Origin: an uncultured Clostridia bacterium
GTDB lineage: Bacteria > Bacillota > Clostridia > TANB77 > CAG-508
Direction of reading: 5' to 3'
Assembly (NCBI GenBank): GCA_944388735.1
Contig: CALXJX010000001.1
Coordinates: 7,088-71,087 of the forward strand
Length of the DNA stretch: 64,000 nucleotides
The position numbers and the translations under genes are program-made. The notes beneath the pieces were generated by a model. That model was not told where the DNA came from and did not search any database. It was given only the letters and a program-made list of their open reading frames with translations. Position 1 is the stretch's first letter. Each line of letters starts with the position of its first letter. Shown here one piece after another: positions 28,726 to 39,441 of this stretch.

Positions 28726-31026
28726 ATGAAATTAATAAAAAAGGCTTTTGATAATTTAATACCATGGGATAAAAATTGTGATAGGATAGTAAAATTTAAA
28801 TACATATTTTTTATTGTTTGCCTATATTTATTTATTTTTCAATTTGCGTTACAAGAATATATACCTTGGTTAAAATATTGGGATGAAGTTTATGCTATAC
28901 TATTTTTTCCTCTTATATTAATAAAAATTTTAAAAAATAAATTTAAGAAACAAAAAATAAGAATACAAAAAGAAGATGAAATAATATTACTAGCAGTAAT
29001 ATTACTAATATTAATAGGAATAATTGCAAATATAACTTTCCAATATCAAAAAAATTTTATAGCATTTCAAGAAATATTAATAGTATTTAAATTTTTATTA
29101 GCTTTTTATACAACTAAATTAATATTTGAAGATATAAAAATATATCAAAATGAAAAATTAGCAAATCATACAAAAATCATTACAGTTAGCTTATTTTTCC
29201 TTATAATATTAGATTATATATTTGGTTTTTTCCCTCAACAAATACGATATGGGCTAAAAACAGAACAATTATTTTTTGGACATCAAACTGGACTAGCAGC
29301 TGTTATGATAGTAAACTTAGCTACTTTAATGTATACAAGTAATTCGAAACATAAGTTTCTGTATATAATATTAAATTTATTTATAATTGCATCAACATTG
29401 AGAGCAAAAGCGTTAGCCATAGTTGCTATTTTTATTATTTTATATTATTGGCTAGTGAAAAAAAATAGAAATTTAAGTATTAAATTAATTATTATAATTT
29501 TAATAGCTTCAGCAGTATTATCAATACAACAAATTTTATATTATTTTATAGAGGTGCCAAATACAGCTAGATCTGTATTAGTAAGTACATCTTTCCAAAT
29601 AGCTACAGATCATTTTCCATTAGGAAGCGGATTTGCAACATTTGGAACGCACTTGTCAGGAGAAAATTATTCTCCAATTTATAAAATTTATCAAATGGAA
29701 AATACTTATGGGCTAAGCGAAAATGATCCGAAATTTGTCTCAGATAATTTTTGGCCTGCTATTCTTGGGGAATTTGGATATATTGGTCTTATCATATATG
29801 TAATAATATTGGTAATTCTTTATAAAAAGATACATAAAAAATATAAGCAAAATAGAGAGGTTTATATTACTGCATTATTACCATTTTTATATTTATTAGT
29901 TGCAAGTACAGCTGAGTCAGCGTTTTTACATACTATGTCTGTATCTATGTTTTTTATTATAAGTATAGCATTAAATACAGATTCAAATACAAATATAAGA
30001 AAGAAATATAAAAATGTAATTTTAATAGATTTTCCCAAAAAAGATAATTGGGAATTTAAGCAAACATTGAAAGAAGAAACAAAAAAAGAATGGGACGAAA
30101 TAGAAGCAGTCAGCAATAAGAGAAGAAAAAATAAATTTTCAGAAATATATAGATATTTTAAATATTTTAGTTTACCGTTTAGTATATATATAGATAGAAA
30201 ACAGTATGAAAATATAATTGCATGGCAACAATTTTATGGATTATTATATGCTTTTTATTGTAAAATATTTCATAGTAAAAAATATAATAAATTAGTTATA
30301 ATGACATTTATTTATAAACCTAAAAAGGGAATACTAGGAAAAATTTATTATAAATTTATAAGATATATTGTGAAGAGCAAATATATTGATACAATAGTAT
30401 GTTTTTCTGAACAAGAATGTGAAAATTATGCAAAAATTTTTAATATTCCAAGAGAAAAATTTCAATTTTGTACATTAGGATTAGAAAAGATAGATATTAA
30501 AGAGACCACTTTAAGCGGAGAAAAATACATTCTATCATCTGGTAGATCAAATAGAGATTATGTTTTTTTATACGAATCACTAAAAAATACGAAATATAAT
30601 GTAAAGATATTATCAGATGAATGCAATTTGAAAAGTACAGGGAATATAAAAATTTATAAAAATATATTTAATGAGGATTATTATAAAATGCTGGAACAAT
30701 CATACCTAGTCATAATTCCACTAAAAGATGAAAATATATCATCTGGGCAATTAGCAATATTGCAAGCGATGCAACTAGGTAAGCCTATAATTTGCACACA
30801 ATCATCAGCAATAACAGATTATATAAAAGATGGAATAAATGGATTTATTGTAAAAAAAGATAAAGACCAATTGATAAGTAAAATAGACGAACTTTATAAA
30901 AATGAAGAATTATACAAAAAAATAAGTATAAATGAAAAAGAGTTTTTTGAAAAAAACTATTCAATAGAAGCGTTAGGAAAACAAATATCAACAATTATAA
31001 ATAAAATAGAAAAATACGATAAATAG
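28726..31026 (+). CDS. Fusion protein: O-antigen polymerase/ligase-like (Wzy) membrane domain plus C-terminal GT-B glycosyltransferase domain
   Basis: Residues ~1-420 carry about 10 TM segments with a Wzy_C-like loop (ATDHFPLGSGFATFGTHLSG). Residues ~430-766 are soluble with GT1/GT4-like GQLAILQAMQLGKPIICTQSSAITDYIKDGINGFIV. Confidence 0.7.
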   Translation: MKLIKKAFDNLIPWDKNCDRIVKFKYIFFIVCLYLFIFQFALQEYIPWLKYWDEVYAILFFPLILIKILKNKFKKQKIRIQKEDEIILLAVILLILIGIIANITFQYQKNFIAFQEILIVFKFLLAFYTTKLIFEDIKIYQNEKLANHTKIITVSLFFLIILDYIFGFFPQQIRYGLKTEQLFFGHQTGLAAVMIVNLATLMYTSNSKHKFLYIILNLFIIASTLRAKALAIVAIFIILYYWLVKKNRNLSIKLIIIILIASAVLSIQQILYYFIEVPNTARSVLVSTSFQIATDHFPLGSGFATFGTHLSGENYSPIYKIYQMENTYGLSENDPKFVSDNFWPAILGEFGYIGLIIYVIILVILYKKIHKKYKQNREVYITALLPFLYLLVASTAESAFLHTMSVSMFFIISIALNTDSNTNIRKKYKNVILIDFPKKDNWEFKQTLKEETKKEWDEIEAVSNKRRKNKFSEIYRYFKYFSLPFSIYIDRKQYENIIAWQQFYGLLYAFYCKIFHSKKYNKLVIMTFIYKPKKGILGKIYYKFIRYIVKSKYIDTIVCFSEQECENYAKIFNIPREKFQFCTLGLEKIDIKETTLSGEKYILSSGRSNRDYVFLYESLKNTKYNVKILSDECNLKSTGNIKIYKNIFNEDYYKMLEQSYLVIIPLKDENISSGQLAILQAMQLGKPIICTQSSAITDYIKDGINGFIVKKDKDQLISKIDELYKNEELYKKISINEKEFFEKNYSIEALGKQISTIINKIEKYDK

Positions 31027-31082
31027 AAACTGAGAGAAAGGAGAAAGTAATATAATAGATTTATATTATATGAAGAGATAAT

Positions 31083-32054
31083 ATGAAAAATTACGTTTTA
31101 TTTGATCCTGCCGAAGGAACGCAGAATTTAGGAGATTATATAATCATGGAAGCTATTACGAAACAAATGGATTTCTTGCTTAATGGGAATTTTGTTACAC
31201 ATTTTTCTACACATACACCTATAGCTAGATTGTATCAAAACTTTAGAAAAAATATGGCTTCTAGAGCATGCGATAATGCTGATAAAAAATTTATATGTGG
31301 GACAAATATTTTTAAAAATAGTTTATTAAGATTGGCACCAGACTGGAATATTAATTATTTTAATATCAAGTATTATAAAGACAGTATAGCAATAGGGTGC
31401 GGATTTAATATGAACTCAAAATATATGGATTTATATACAAAAAGAATCTATAAAAAAATATTATCAAAAAAATATATACATTCAGTAAGAGATGAAAGAA
31501 CAAAAAAAATCCTAGAAGAATTAGGATTTAAAGTGATAAATACAGGGTGTCCTACTTTATGGGGATTTAATGAAGAGTTTTGCAAGGAAATACCAACAAA
31601 AAAATCAAAAGATGTTGTATTTACACTAACCTTTTACGAAAAAAATATGGAAAGAGATCAATTTCTTATTGATACATTAATAAAAAATTATGAAAAGTTA
31701 TATTTTTGGGTACAAGGTTCAGAAGATTATGAATATTTTAAAAAATTCAAAAATGTTAACAATATAGAAATAATAAATCCAACATTACAAAGTTATAAGG
31801 AAATATTGCAAAGAGGTAATATAGATTATGTAGGAACAAGATTACATGCTGGAATTTATGCAATGCAACAAAAAGTAAGAAGTATTATTTTAGCAATTGA
31901 TAATAGAGCAAGAGATATGGCAGAAACATATAATATAAATGCTTTAGACCAAAACGATTTAGAAAAATTAGAACAAAAAATAAATTCAGAATTTACGACA
32001 AATATTAATATAAATCATGATAAAATTGAAGAATGGAAAAAACAATTTATATAA
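31083..32054 (+). CDS. Polysaccharide pyruvyl transferase family protein
   Basis: N-terminal DPAEGTQNLGDYIIMEAI and C-terminal GTRLHAGIYAMQ resemble the PS_pyruv_trans family (CsaB/WcaK-like), by recall. Confidence 0.6.
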   Translation: MKNYVLFDPAEGTQNLGDYIIMEAITKQMDFLLNGNFVTHFSTHTPIARLYQNFRKNMASRACDNADKKFICGTNIFKNSLLRLAPDWNINYFNIKYYKDSIAIGCGFNMNSKYMDLYTKRIYKKILSKKYIHSVRDERTKKILEELGFKVINTGCPTLWGFNEEFCKEIPTKKSKDVVFTLTFYEKNMERDQFLIDTLIKNYEKLYFWVQGSEDYEYFKKFKNVNNIEIINPTLQSYKEILQRGNIDYVGTRLHAGIYAMQQKVRSIILAIDNRARDMAETYNINALDQNDLEKLEQKINSEFTTNININHDKIEEWKKQFI

Positions 32055-32063
32055 AGGAGTAAT

Positions 32064-33482
32064 ATGAATCGAGAAAAAGAATTATTTAAAAATACAGCAA
32101 TAGTCGGAATAGGAAAAATATCTACACAAGTAATAACATTTTTCTTATTGCCAGTATATACAGCTTTATTATCGACAGAAGAATATGGGATTGTTGATTT
32201 ATTAAATACATTAGTGATGTTATTAGTACCTATTATTTCTTTTCAAATTGAACAAGCAATATTTAGATATTTAGTAGAAAACAGAGGAAATCTTTGTGAA
32301 GAGAAGAAAATAATAAGTACAGCGATATATACAGTAATAATACAAATTATAATATATACAATGGTATTTTTTATATTTTCTAATTTTATAAATAATCAAT
32401 ACAAAGAATTTTTATTGATTAATGTAATAGCATGTACTTTATCTTCTGTTATGCTACAAATAACAAGAGGATTAGGAAGTAATGTTAAATATTCAATTGG
32501 TAATTTTATAATAGCATCATCAACAATAATTTTTAATATATTGTTTATTGTTATTTTTAAATTTGGAGCTTATGGAATGTTAATGGCTAATTTTATAGCT
32601 AATACATTGTGTGTAATATATGTGTTTTTGGTAGATAAATTATATAAATATATAAGTTTTAAAGAATTTAAAAAAGTAGTTTTAAAAAAATTATGGAAAT
32701 TTTCAATTCCATTAATACCAAACACCATATCTTGGTGGATTTTTAATGCTTCAGACAGGATAATCGTAACTTCAATAATGGGTTCTGGTGCAAACGGAAT
32801 ATTAGCTGCTGCACAGAAATTTTCAAATGTATATGCAACAATATTTGGAATAGTCAATGTGACATGGACTGAAACAGCTACTTTGTATGTAAATGATAAA
32901 GATAGAGATGCGTTTTTTTCAAAAATGATAAACATAATAATGCGACTTTTTATAGCACTATGTATTGGTATTATAGCATTTATGCCATTTGTATTTCCAA
33001 TAATGGTAAATGAAAATTTTGGTGAGGCATATTATCAAATACCAATATTGATACTTGCATCTTGCTGTAATGTAATGGTAAGTTTATTAAGTGCAATATA
33101 TATAGCTAAAAAAGATACTAAAGCAATAGCAAAATCTTCATATATCTCAGCAATTTTAAATATAATTATAAATATAGCTCTTATAAAATTTATAGGATTA
33201 TATGCAGCATCGATTTCAACTTTTGCATCATATTTTATTATAATGCTAAATAGATATAAAGATATAAAAAAATATGTATCATTGAAAATGGATAATAAAA
33301 TGTTATTAATAGCGGGTATTATTATTTTATTAATTTTAATAATATATTATATTAATAATTTTATATTAAATTTAATTGGTGTAATAATAGCTTGTATTTA
33401 TGCATTTTTCAGTAATAGAAAATACATAAAGATTATTATTGAATTTTTTAGGAAAAAGATTGTAAATAAAGTAGCGGTATGA
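32064..33482 (+). CDS. Wzx-type (MOP superfamily) polysaccharide flippase
   Basis: About 12-14 TM segments. N-terminus KNTAIVGIGKISTQVITFFLLPVYTALLSTEEYG is typical of the polysaccharide biosynthesis protein family. Confidence 0.8.
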   Translation: MNREKELFKNTAIVGIGKISTQVITFFLLPVYTALLSTEEYGIVDLLNTLVMLLVPIISFQIEQAIFRYLVENRGNLCEEKKIISTAIYTVIIQIIIYTMVFFIFSNFINNQYKEFLLINVIACTLSSVMLQITRGLGSNVKYSIGNFIIASSTIIFNILFIVIFKFGAYGMLMANFIANTLCVIYVFLVDKLYKYISFKEFKKVVLKKLWKFSIPLIPNTISWWIFNASDRIIVTSIMGSGANGILAAAQKFSNVYATIFGIVNVTWTETATLYVNDKDRDAFFSKMINIIMRLFIALCIGIIAFMPFVFPIMVNENFGEAYYQIPILILASCCNVMVSLLSAIYIAKKDTKAIAKSSYISAILNIIINIALIKFIGLYAASISTFASYFIIMLNRYKDIKKYVSLKMDNKMLLIAGIIILLILIIYYINNFILNLIGVIIACIYAFFSNRKYIKIIIEFFRKKIVNKVAV

Positions 33483-33534
33483 TATAATTCAAGTGTTAAA
33501 ACTGAAATAATAATATTAAAGAGGGGGTAAAAAA

Positions 33535-35877
33535 ATGAAAAAGAAAGTTTTATTTTCTGTTATGATTATTATTATACTAATAATATTGCAATTGCTATTT
33601 AATAATGTAAAAGCAGCAACATCTTATAATTCAGAAATTGCTTATAATGATAATTATGATGGAACAGTAACAGTTGTAGCAAATGGAAAATACATAGTTA
33701 ATGCAACAATACCTAGCACAATAAATGGAAAGAAAGTAACAAAAGTAGATGGATTTGATGATTGTACATATCTAAAGAGTGTGACAATACCAAATTCAGT
33801 GACAACAATAGGATATGCAGCTTTTCAAGGCTGTAGTAGTTTAACTACTATAAATATACCAAACTCAGTAAAAACGATAGAATCTAGTGCATTTGCTGAT
33901 TGTACAGCATTAAAAACGATATCATTACCAAATTCAATCACAAAAATCGAACAAAAATGTTTTGATGGATGTAAATCTTTAACAAATGTAAATATTCCAA
34001 ATTCAATAAAAGAAATCAGTTCATCAATGTTTGAAGGATGTCAAAGTTTAAAATCTATCACAATACCAAGTAATATTAAAACTTTAGGTTCAGGAGCATT
34101 TTTGAATTGTACAGCATTAACAAATATAACAATACCTAGTACAGTTACTGAAATTCAAGGTTCATGGCCTTATGGTGGAGCATTTGAAGGATGTACCAGT
34201 TTGAAAACTGCTAATATACAAGCTAAATCAACAAGATTAGCAGATTCATTTTTTAAAAATTGTAGTTCATTAACTAATGTTTCACTATCTAATACAATAA
34301 CAACAATGGGAAATGATACATTTTATGGTTGTTCAAATTTAACTTCAATAACATTACCTTCAAAATTATCAGAAATAGGTAGTTCTATGTTTGAAGGTTG
34401 TACGAAATTGTCTAATATTGTAATGGCTGATACAATAACTTCAATAGGAACGGGAGCTTTTTATAATTGTAAAAGCTTGAAAACAATAACAATGCCAGCT
34501 AATTTGAAGTCAATAAGTTATTCATGGCCTTATGCATCAGTTTTTGAGGGATGTACATCTTTAAGAACAGTATATTTTTCAAAAATGATTCAAGAAATAG
34601 GTTCTGATGCATTTGAAGGAATAGAAAGCAACTTGACTTTTTATGGATATGAAGGAACAGCCGCAAAATATTTTGCACAAGAAAATGGAATAAAATTTAT
34701 TGAATTAGTACCAGTTACTAAAATATCATTAAATAAAACAACTCTAACATTAGACAAAGGAAACACTTCTAAAATAACTGCTACAGTCTCACCATCTAAT
34801 GCTACTAATAAAACAGTAAGTTGGAGTAGTAGCAATACAAATGTTGCAACAGTAGATGCATCTGGAAATATAAAAGCAATTGGAAAAGGAACTGCAACGA
34901 TAACAGCTAAAGCAACAGATGGTACAGCTGTTTACAAACAATGTACTGTTACCGTAAATAATGTTTTAGGGGTAGGATATTCAACTCATGTACAAAATGA
35001 AGGATGGAAAAACTATGTAAAGAATGGAGCTTTTTCTGGAAGCACAGGAAAAAGCTATAGATTAGAAGGAATAAAAATTAAACTAGTAGATAATGATTAT
35101 ACTGGAGGAATTCAATACAGAACATACGTACAAAATATTGGATGGCAAAATTGGGTTTCAAATGATGCTTTATCAGGAACAACAGGGAAGTCTTATAGAC
35201 TAGAAGCTATAAAAATACAATTAACAGGAAATGTAGCTAAATATTATGATATATATTATAGAGTATATTTACAAAATTTTGGATGGTTAGATTGGGCTAA
35301 AAATGGTGAGGCTACTGGAAGTATGGGATACAGCTATAGGTTAGAAGGAATAGAAATAAGAGCAGTAAAGAAAGGATCTGCAGCTCCAGGCTCAACATCT
35401 GTAATATTAAAGCAAACAAACTTAAGAGTTAAATATGCTTCATATATACAAAATATAGGATTGCAAAATTATGTAAAAAATGGACAATTTTCAGGAACAA
35501 CTGGTAAAAGCTTAAGATTAGAAGGAATAAAAATATACTTAGATAATAATAATATTGGAGGAGGAATTCAATATCAAACACATGTACAGAATATAGGATG
35601 GCAAAATTGGGTAGGAGATAACACTTTAGGAGGAACAAAAGGAAAATCGCTAAGAATGGAAGCTATAAGAATCAGATTAACAGGAAGAGTAGCTAGTCAA
35701 TATGATGTATATTATCGAGTATATGCTCAAAACTTTGGATGGCTTGGTTGGGCTAAAAATGGTAATTCCGCAGGAACATCAGGATATAGTTACAGATTAG
35801 AAGGAATAGAAATAAGATTAGTAGAAAAAGGTCAAAAAGCTCCAACCGGAAATGGAACAGCGTATAGAACCAAATAA
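33535..35877 (+). CDS. Secreted surface protein: BspA-type leucine-rich repeats + Big_2 domain + ChW (clostridial hydrophobic W) repeats
   Basis: Signal peptide. About 13 repeats of the IPNSVTxIxxxAFxxCxSL type, a Big_2-like segment (VTKISLNKTTLTLDKGNT..ATVDASGNIKAIGKGTATITA), and 8 ChW-like units (HVQNxGWQNWVxNG..GTTGKSxRLEAIKI). Confidence 0.85.
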   Translation: MKKKVLFSVMIIIILIILQLLFNNVKAATSYNSEIAYNDNYDGTVTVVANGKYIVNATIPSTINGKKVTKVDGFDDCTYLKSVTIPNSVTTIGYAAFQGCSSLTTINIPNSVKTIESSAFADCTALKTISLPNSITKIEQKCFDGCKSLTNVNIPNSIKEISSSMFEGCQSLKSITIPSNIKTLGSGAFLNCTALTNITIPSTVTEIQGSWPYGGAFEGCTSLKTANIQAKSTRLADSFFKNCSSLTNVSLSNTITTMGNDTFYGCSNLTSITLPSKLSEIGSSMFEGCTKLSNIVMADTITSIGTGAFYNCKSLKTITMPANLKSISYSWPYASVFEGCTSLRTVYFSKMIQEIGSDAFEGIESNLTFYGYEGTAAKYFAQENGIKFIELVPVTKISLNKTTLTLDKGNTSKITATVSPSNATNKTVSWSSSNTNVATVDASGNIKAIGKGTATITAKATDGTAVYKQCTVTVNNVLGVGYSTHVQNEGWKNYVKNGAFSGSTGKSYRLEGIKIKLVDNDYTGGIQYRTYVQNIGWQNWVSNDALSGTTGKSYRLEAIKIQLTGNVAKYYDIYYRVYLQNFGWLDWAKNGEATGSMGYSYRLEGIEIRAVKKGSAAPGSTSVILKQTNLRVKYASYIQNIGLQNYVKNGQFSGTTGKSLRLEGIKIYLDNNNIGGGIQYQTHVQNIGWQNWVGDNTLGGTKGKSLRMEAIRIRLTGRVASQYDVYYRVYAQNFGWLGWAKNGNSAGTSGYSYRLEGIEIRLVEKGQKAPTGNGTAYRTK

Positions 35878-35886
35878 TTTTAGGGG

Positions 35887-35930
35887 AAAAGTAGCACAGC
35901 AAAAAAGTATTTGGTGCTACTTTTTATTTT
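35887..35930 (+). terminator. Rho-independent terminator
   Basis: aaaagtagcac (35887-35897) pairs with gtgctactttt (35914-35924), followed by a T-run. Confidence 0.7.
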
Positions 35931-35971
35931 TAATACAATAAAATAATTGTAGAAAAGGAATGAATTTTTAT

Positions 35972-38900
35972 ATGAAAAAAATAAGTAAAACATTCTTATT
36001 ATTAACTTTAATCTTTCTTATACTTGGCATTATAATAAATGTACAAGCAGATTCGGAAATAAATAAAGAAGATATTTCAAAATCACAAGTAATAAAAAAA
36101 GAGATAAATGCTTATGAAAATGGAATAAAACAATATAACAATCTAAAAAAATCAATATCAATAATGTCAGCTAATGTAGCTAATATGAGCGAATATGAAT
36201 ATAGCACATTGTCAGATGGTACAATAGAAATAACAGGCTACAATGGGACAGGTACAGCAATATCTATTCCAAGTTCAATAGCTGGAAAAACTGTAACAAG
36301 TATAGGAAAAGCAGCATTTTATGAAAATGAAAGCATTACAAGTGTTGTAATTCCAAATACAGTTACTAAAATAGGAGAAGGAGCTTTTACTAGATGTACA
36401 AAATTAACAAGTATTACAATTGGAAATAAGGTACAAATAATAGAAACTTATGCGTTTGATGAAACTGCAATCACTACAATTACAATTCCTGCAAGTGTAA
36501 AAACAATAGGAGATTATGTGTTTTATGATTGTATGAATTTAAAAACAATAAATGTAGAAAGTAGTTCTACAACATTCAAGTCAGTAAATGGAGTTTTGTT
36601 TGATAAGAATATAACAAAATTGATTTGTTATCCAATGGCTAAAACAAATACAAGCTATACAATACCGAGTACAGTAAAAACGATAGGAGAACTTGGATTT
36701 AGAAAATCTACATATTTGCAACAAATAAATATACCAAGTTCTGTAACTGCAGTAGAATCATTTGCATTTAGCTATTTACCAGCATTAAAAACATTGACAT
36801 TGCCAAGTAGCATAACAACTATGGGCTCAACTGCAATTGAAGGATGCAGTAGTTTAACAAATGTAACAGGAAACATGACATTAGAAAGATTGCCGTCATA
36901 TTTTGTAAATGAATGTGAAAACTTACAAAAAGTGGACTTATCTAATGCAAATATCAAAGAAACATATATATCAAGTATTAGTAATTGTGATAAACTAACA
37001 ACTGTACTTCTACCAAAAAAACTAGAAGTACTAGGTCACATGACTTTATATAGATGTAATGGAATAACTTCTTTAGACATTCCACGTTCGGTAAAAAGAA
37101 TAGAAAAATCTTTCTATTTATATTGTAATAATTTTAAAAATTATACAATACCAGCTGGACTTATTGAAGATGGTGATGGAGGATATGTAAAGGCAATAGA
37201 GCTTACAATAACAGGAAGTTTTGATTATACACAAGCAATAGAAGTTGCAAATTTAGCAAATGAACAAAGAGTAGCTAATGGAGTCGAAAAGCTATCTCTT
37301 GATGAGCAATTAACAGAAGCAGCTATGAAAAGAGCAAGAGAACTAAGCTTATACTATGAACATACAAGACCAGTAGGTTCAGAATTCTCAACAGTAATTC
37401 CAGAAGGAAGAGAAAGTCTAAGTGGACCAGGTATAACAATATCAAGAGGAGAAAATATAGCAACAGCTTATGATTCAGCAAAAGAGGTTGTAAATGGTTG
37501 GATGAAGTCACCTGGACATAAAGGAAACATTTTACAATCATCTTTCAAATCAATAGGTGTTGGGTGCTATAAATCTTCAGACGGAATGTATTTCTGGGTT
37601 CAAATTTTTGATGATTGTAAACCAGTAGGTACAGTTAATCCAGGAGTTACGAAAGAAGAGGCAGTAAAAGAAAAAATATATGTAGATTTAGTAAAAAGAA
37701 TTTCAGCAAATTTAAGTGATTATACAAATACATATAATGTTGGTGAAACATTTAATGTAAAACCTAAAATTGCAAATGAAGGTTGGAATTTATCAACAAC
37801 AATAGCTCCAACAGATGTTACATTCAAAAGTTCTAATACAAATGTATTTACAATTGATAAAAATGGATTGCTAAAAGCAGTAGGGACAGGAAGTGCACAA
37901 TTGGAGATAGAGCTTTTAGATATTGTTAAAATATATAAAATACAAGTGGAAAAACCAATAAAATCAATAAGTCTACCAGCAACATTGGAAATGGATATTA
38001 GTGAAAAACCTAAATTAGAAGTGAAATTTTATCCAGAAGATACAACAGCAGATAAAACGATAAAATGGTCAACGAGTAACGTAGTAATTGGGGCAGCATA
38101 TTCAATTAATGGCTATGAAAGTTATATAAGTGAGATACAAGCTCATAATGCTGGAACTGTAACGATTACAGCAACTAGTTCTAATGGAAAAACAGCATCT
38201 TGTGTGGTAACTGTAAAGTCAAAAATAAAAAGTGTGAAATTTAGTGGCATAAAATATAGTACTGATGTAGGAAATTCATTTACAATAACACCTACAATAT
38301 TGCCGTATTCAGCAACAGAAGATAAAACTCTTACATGGAAAAGTAGTAATCCAAATGTAGCAACAGTAGATAGCAGTGGAAAAATAAAAGCAATTAGTGT
38401 AGGAACAACAACAATTTCAGCAACAACTAAAAGTGGAGTTTCAGGCTCATATAAATTAATTGTTAAAAGTAGCGACATAAATTATGCAGATATTTCTTAT
38501 ACAACACATGTACAAAATGAAGGATGGCAAGAATATGTAAAAAATGGAGAAGTAGCTGGAACAGAACGGAAAAAGTTTAAGGCTAGAAGGTATTAAAATA
38601 AAAATAGATAACACGATATTATCAGGTAGTGTTAAATATAGTACACATGTACAAAATGAAGGGTGGCAAGATTTTGTAAGTAATAATACAATGTCAGGAA
38701 CTAGTGGAAAATCATTAAGATTAGAAGCAATTAAAATAATGTTAACAGGAGAAATATCTGAAAAATATGATATATATTATAGAGTACATGCACAAGAATT
38801 TGGTTGGTTAGGCTGGGCAAAAAATGGTGAAGAAGCAGGAACATCCGGATATAGCTATAGATTAGAGGGAATACAAATAAAATTAGTAAAAAAAGGTGGA

Positions 38901-39395
38901 GCTACACCAGGAAGTACGGCAAATTCATTTCATAAATCACCACCAAGAGTAAAATATGCAACACATGTACAAAATGAAGGTTGGCAAGACTTTGTGAGAG
39001 AAGGTGAGCCATCAGGAACAGTAGGAAAAAGCTTAAGACTAGAAGGAATAAAGATAGAACTAGAAAACAGCATCGGAGGAGGAATAGCATATCAAACGCA
39101 TGTGCAAGAAGAAGGATGGCAAGATTGGAAAGGAAATGGTCAAATAGCAGGGACAACAGGAAAATCATATAGACTAGAGGCAATAAGAATAAAATTGACA
39201 GGAGAAATGGAAAAGAAATATGATGTATATTACAGAGTGCAAGCACAAGAATTTGGATGGCTTGGTTGGGCAAAAAACGGAAATTCAGCAGGAAGTTCAG
39301 GGTATAGTTATAGATTAGAAGCAATAGAAATACGATTGGTAGAAAAAGGTAAAAAAGGACCAACATCAACAATTGATGCTTATAAATCTAAATAA
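35972..39395 (+). CDS. Secreted surface protein: LRR + CAP/SCP domain + Big_2 domains + ChW repeats; continuous only if C38567 is skipped (+1 at in-frame CGG 38567-38569)
   Basis: Upstream frame ..HVQNEGWQEYVKNGEVAGTE then CGG. The +1 frame continues GKSLRLEGIKIKIDNTILSGSVKYSTHVQNEGWQDFV.., completing the interrupted ChW unit and running open into the 38691..39395 ORF. CAP motif GENIATAY..GWMKSPGHKGNIL. ATG 35972 is preferred (RBS spacing). Confidence 0.78.
38847..39386 (+). repeat. 540-bp segment nearly identical (3 mismatches seen) to 42455-42994
   Basis: Direct base-by-base comparison of the 3' ends of the two ChW genes. Differences were seen only at gctacacc/gctgcccc and caacatca/caacgtca. 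Confidence 0.9.
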
Positions 39396-39441
39396 AATCA
39401 ATAGTATTGATTTGTGCCTTTAGGAAGGAATGTGATTAAAT

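Noticed and set aside
39393-39412. Small hairpin aaatcaat..attgattt after the second ChW gene, considered as a terminator.
   Set aside because: The stem is AT-only and short, no T-tract follows, and the next gene's RBS lies within 25 nt. The evidence is too weak to call.
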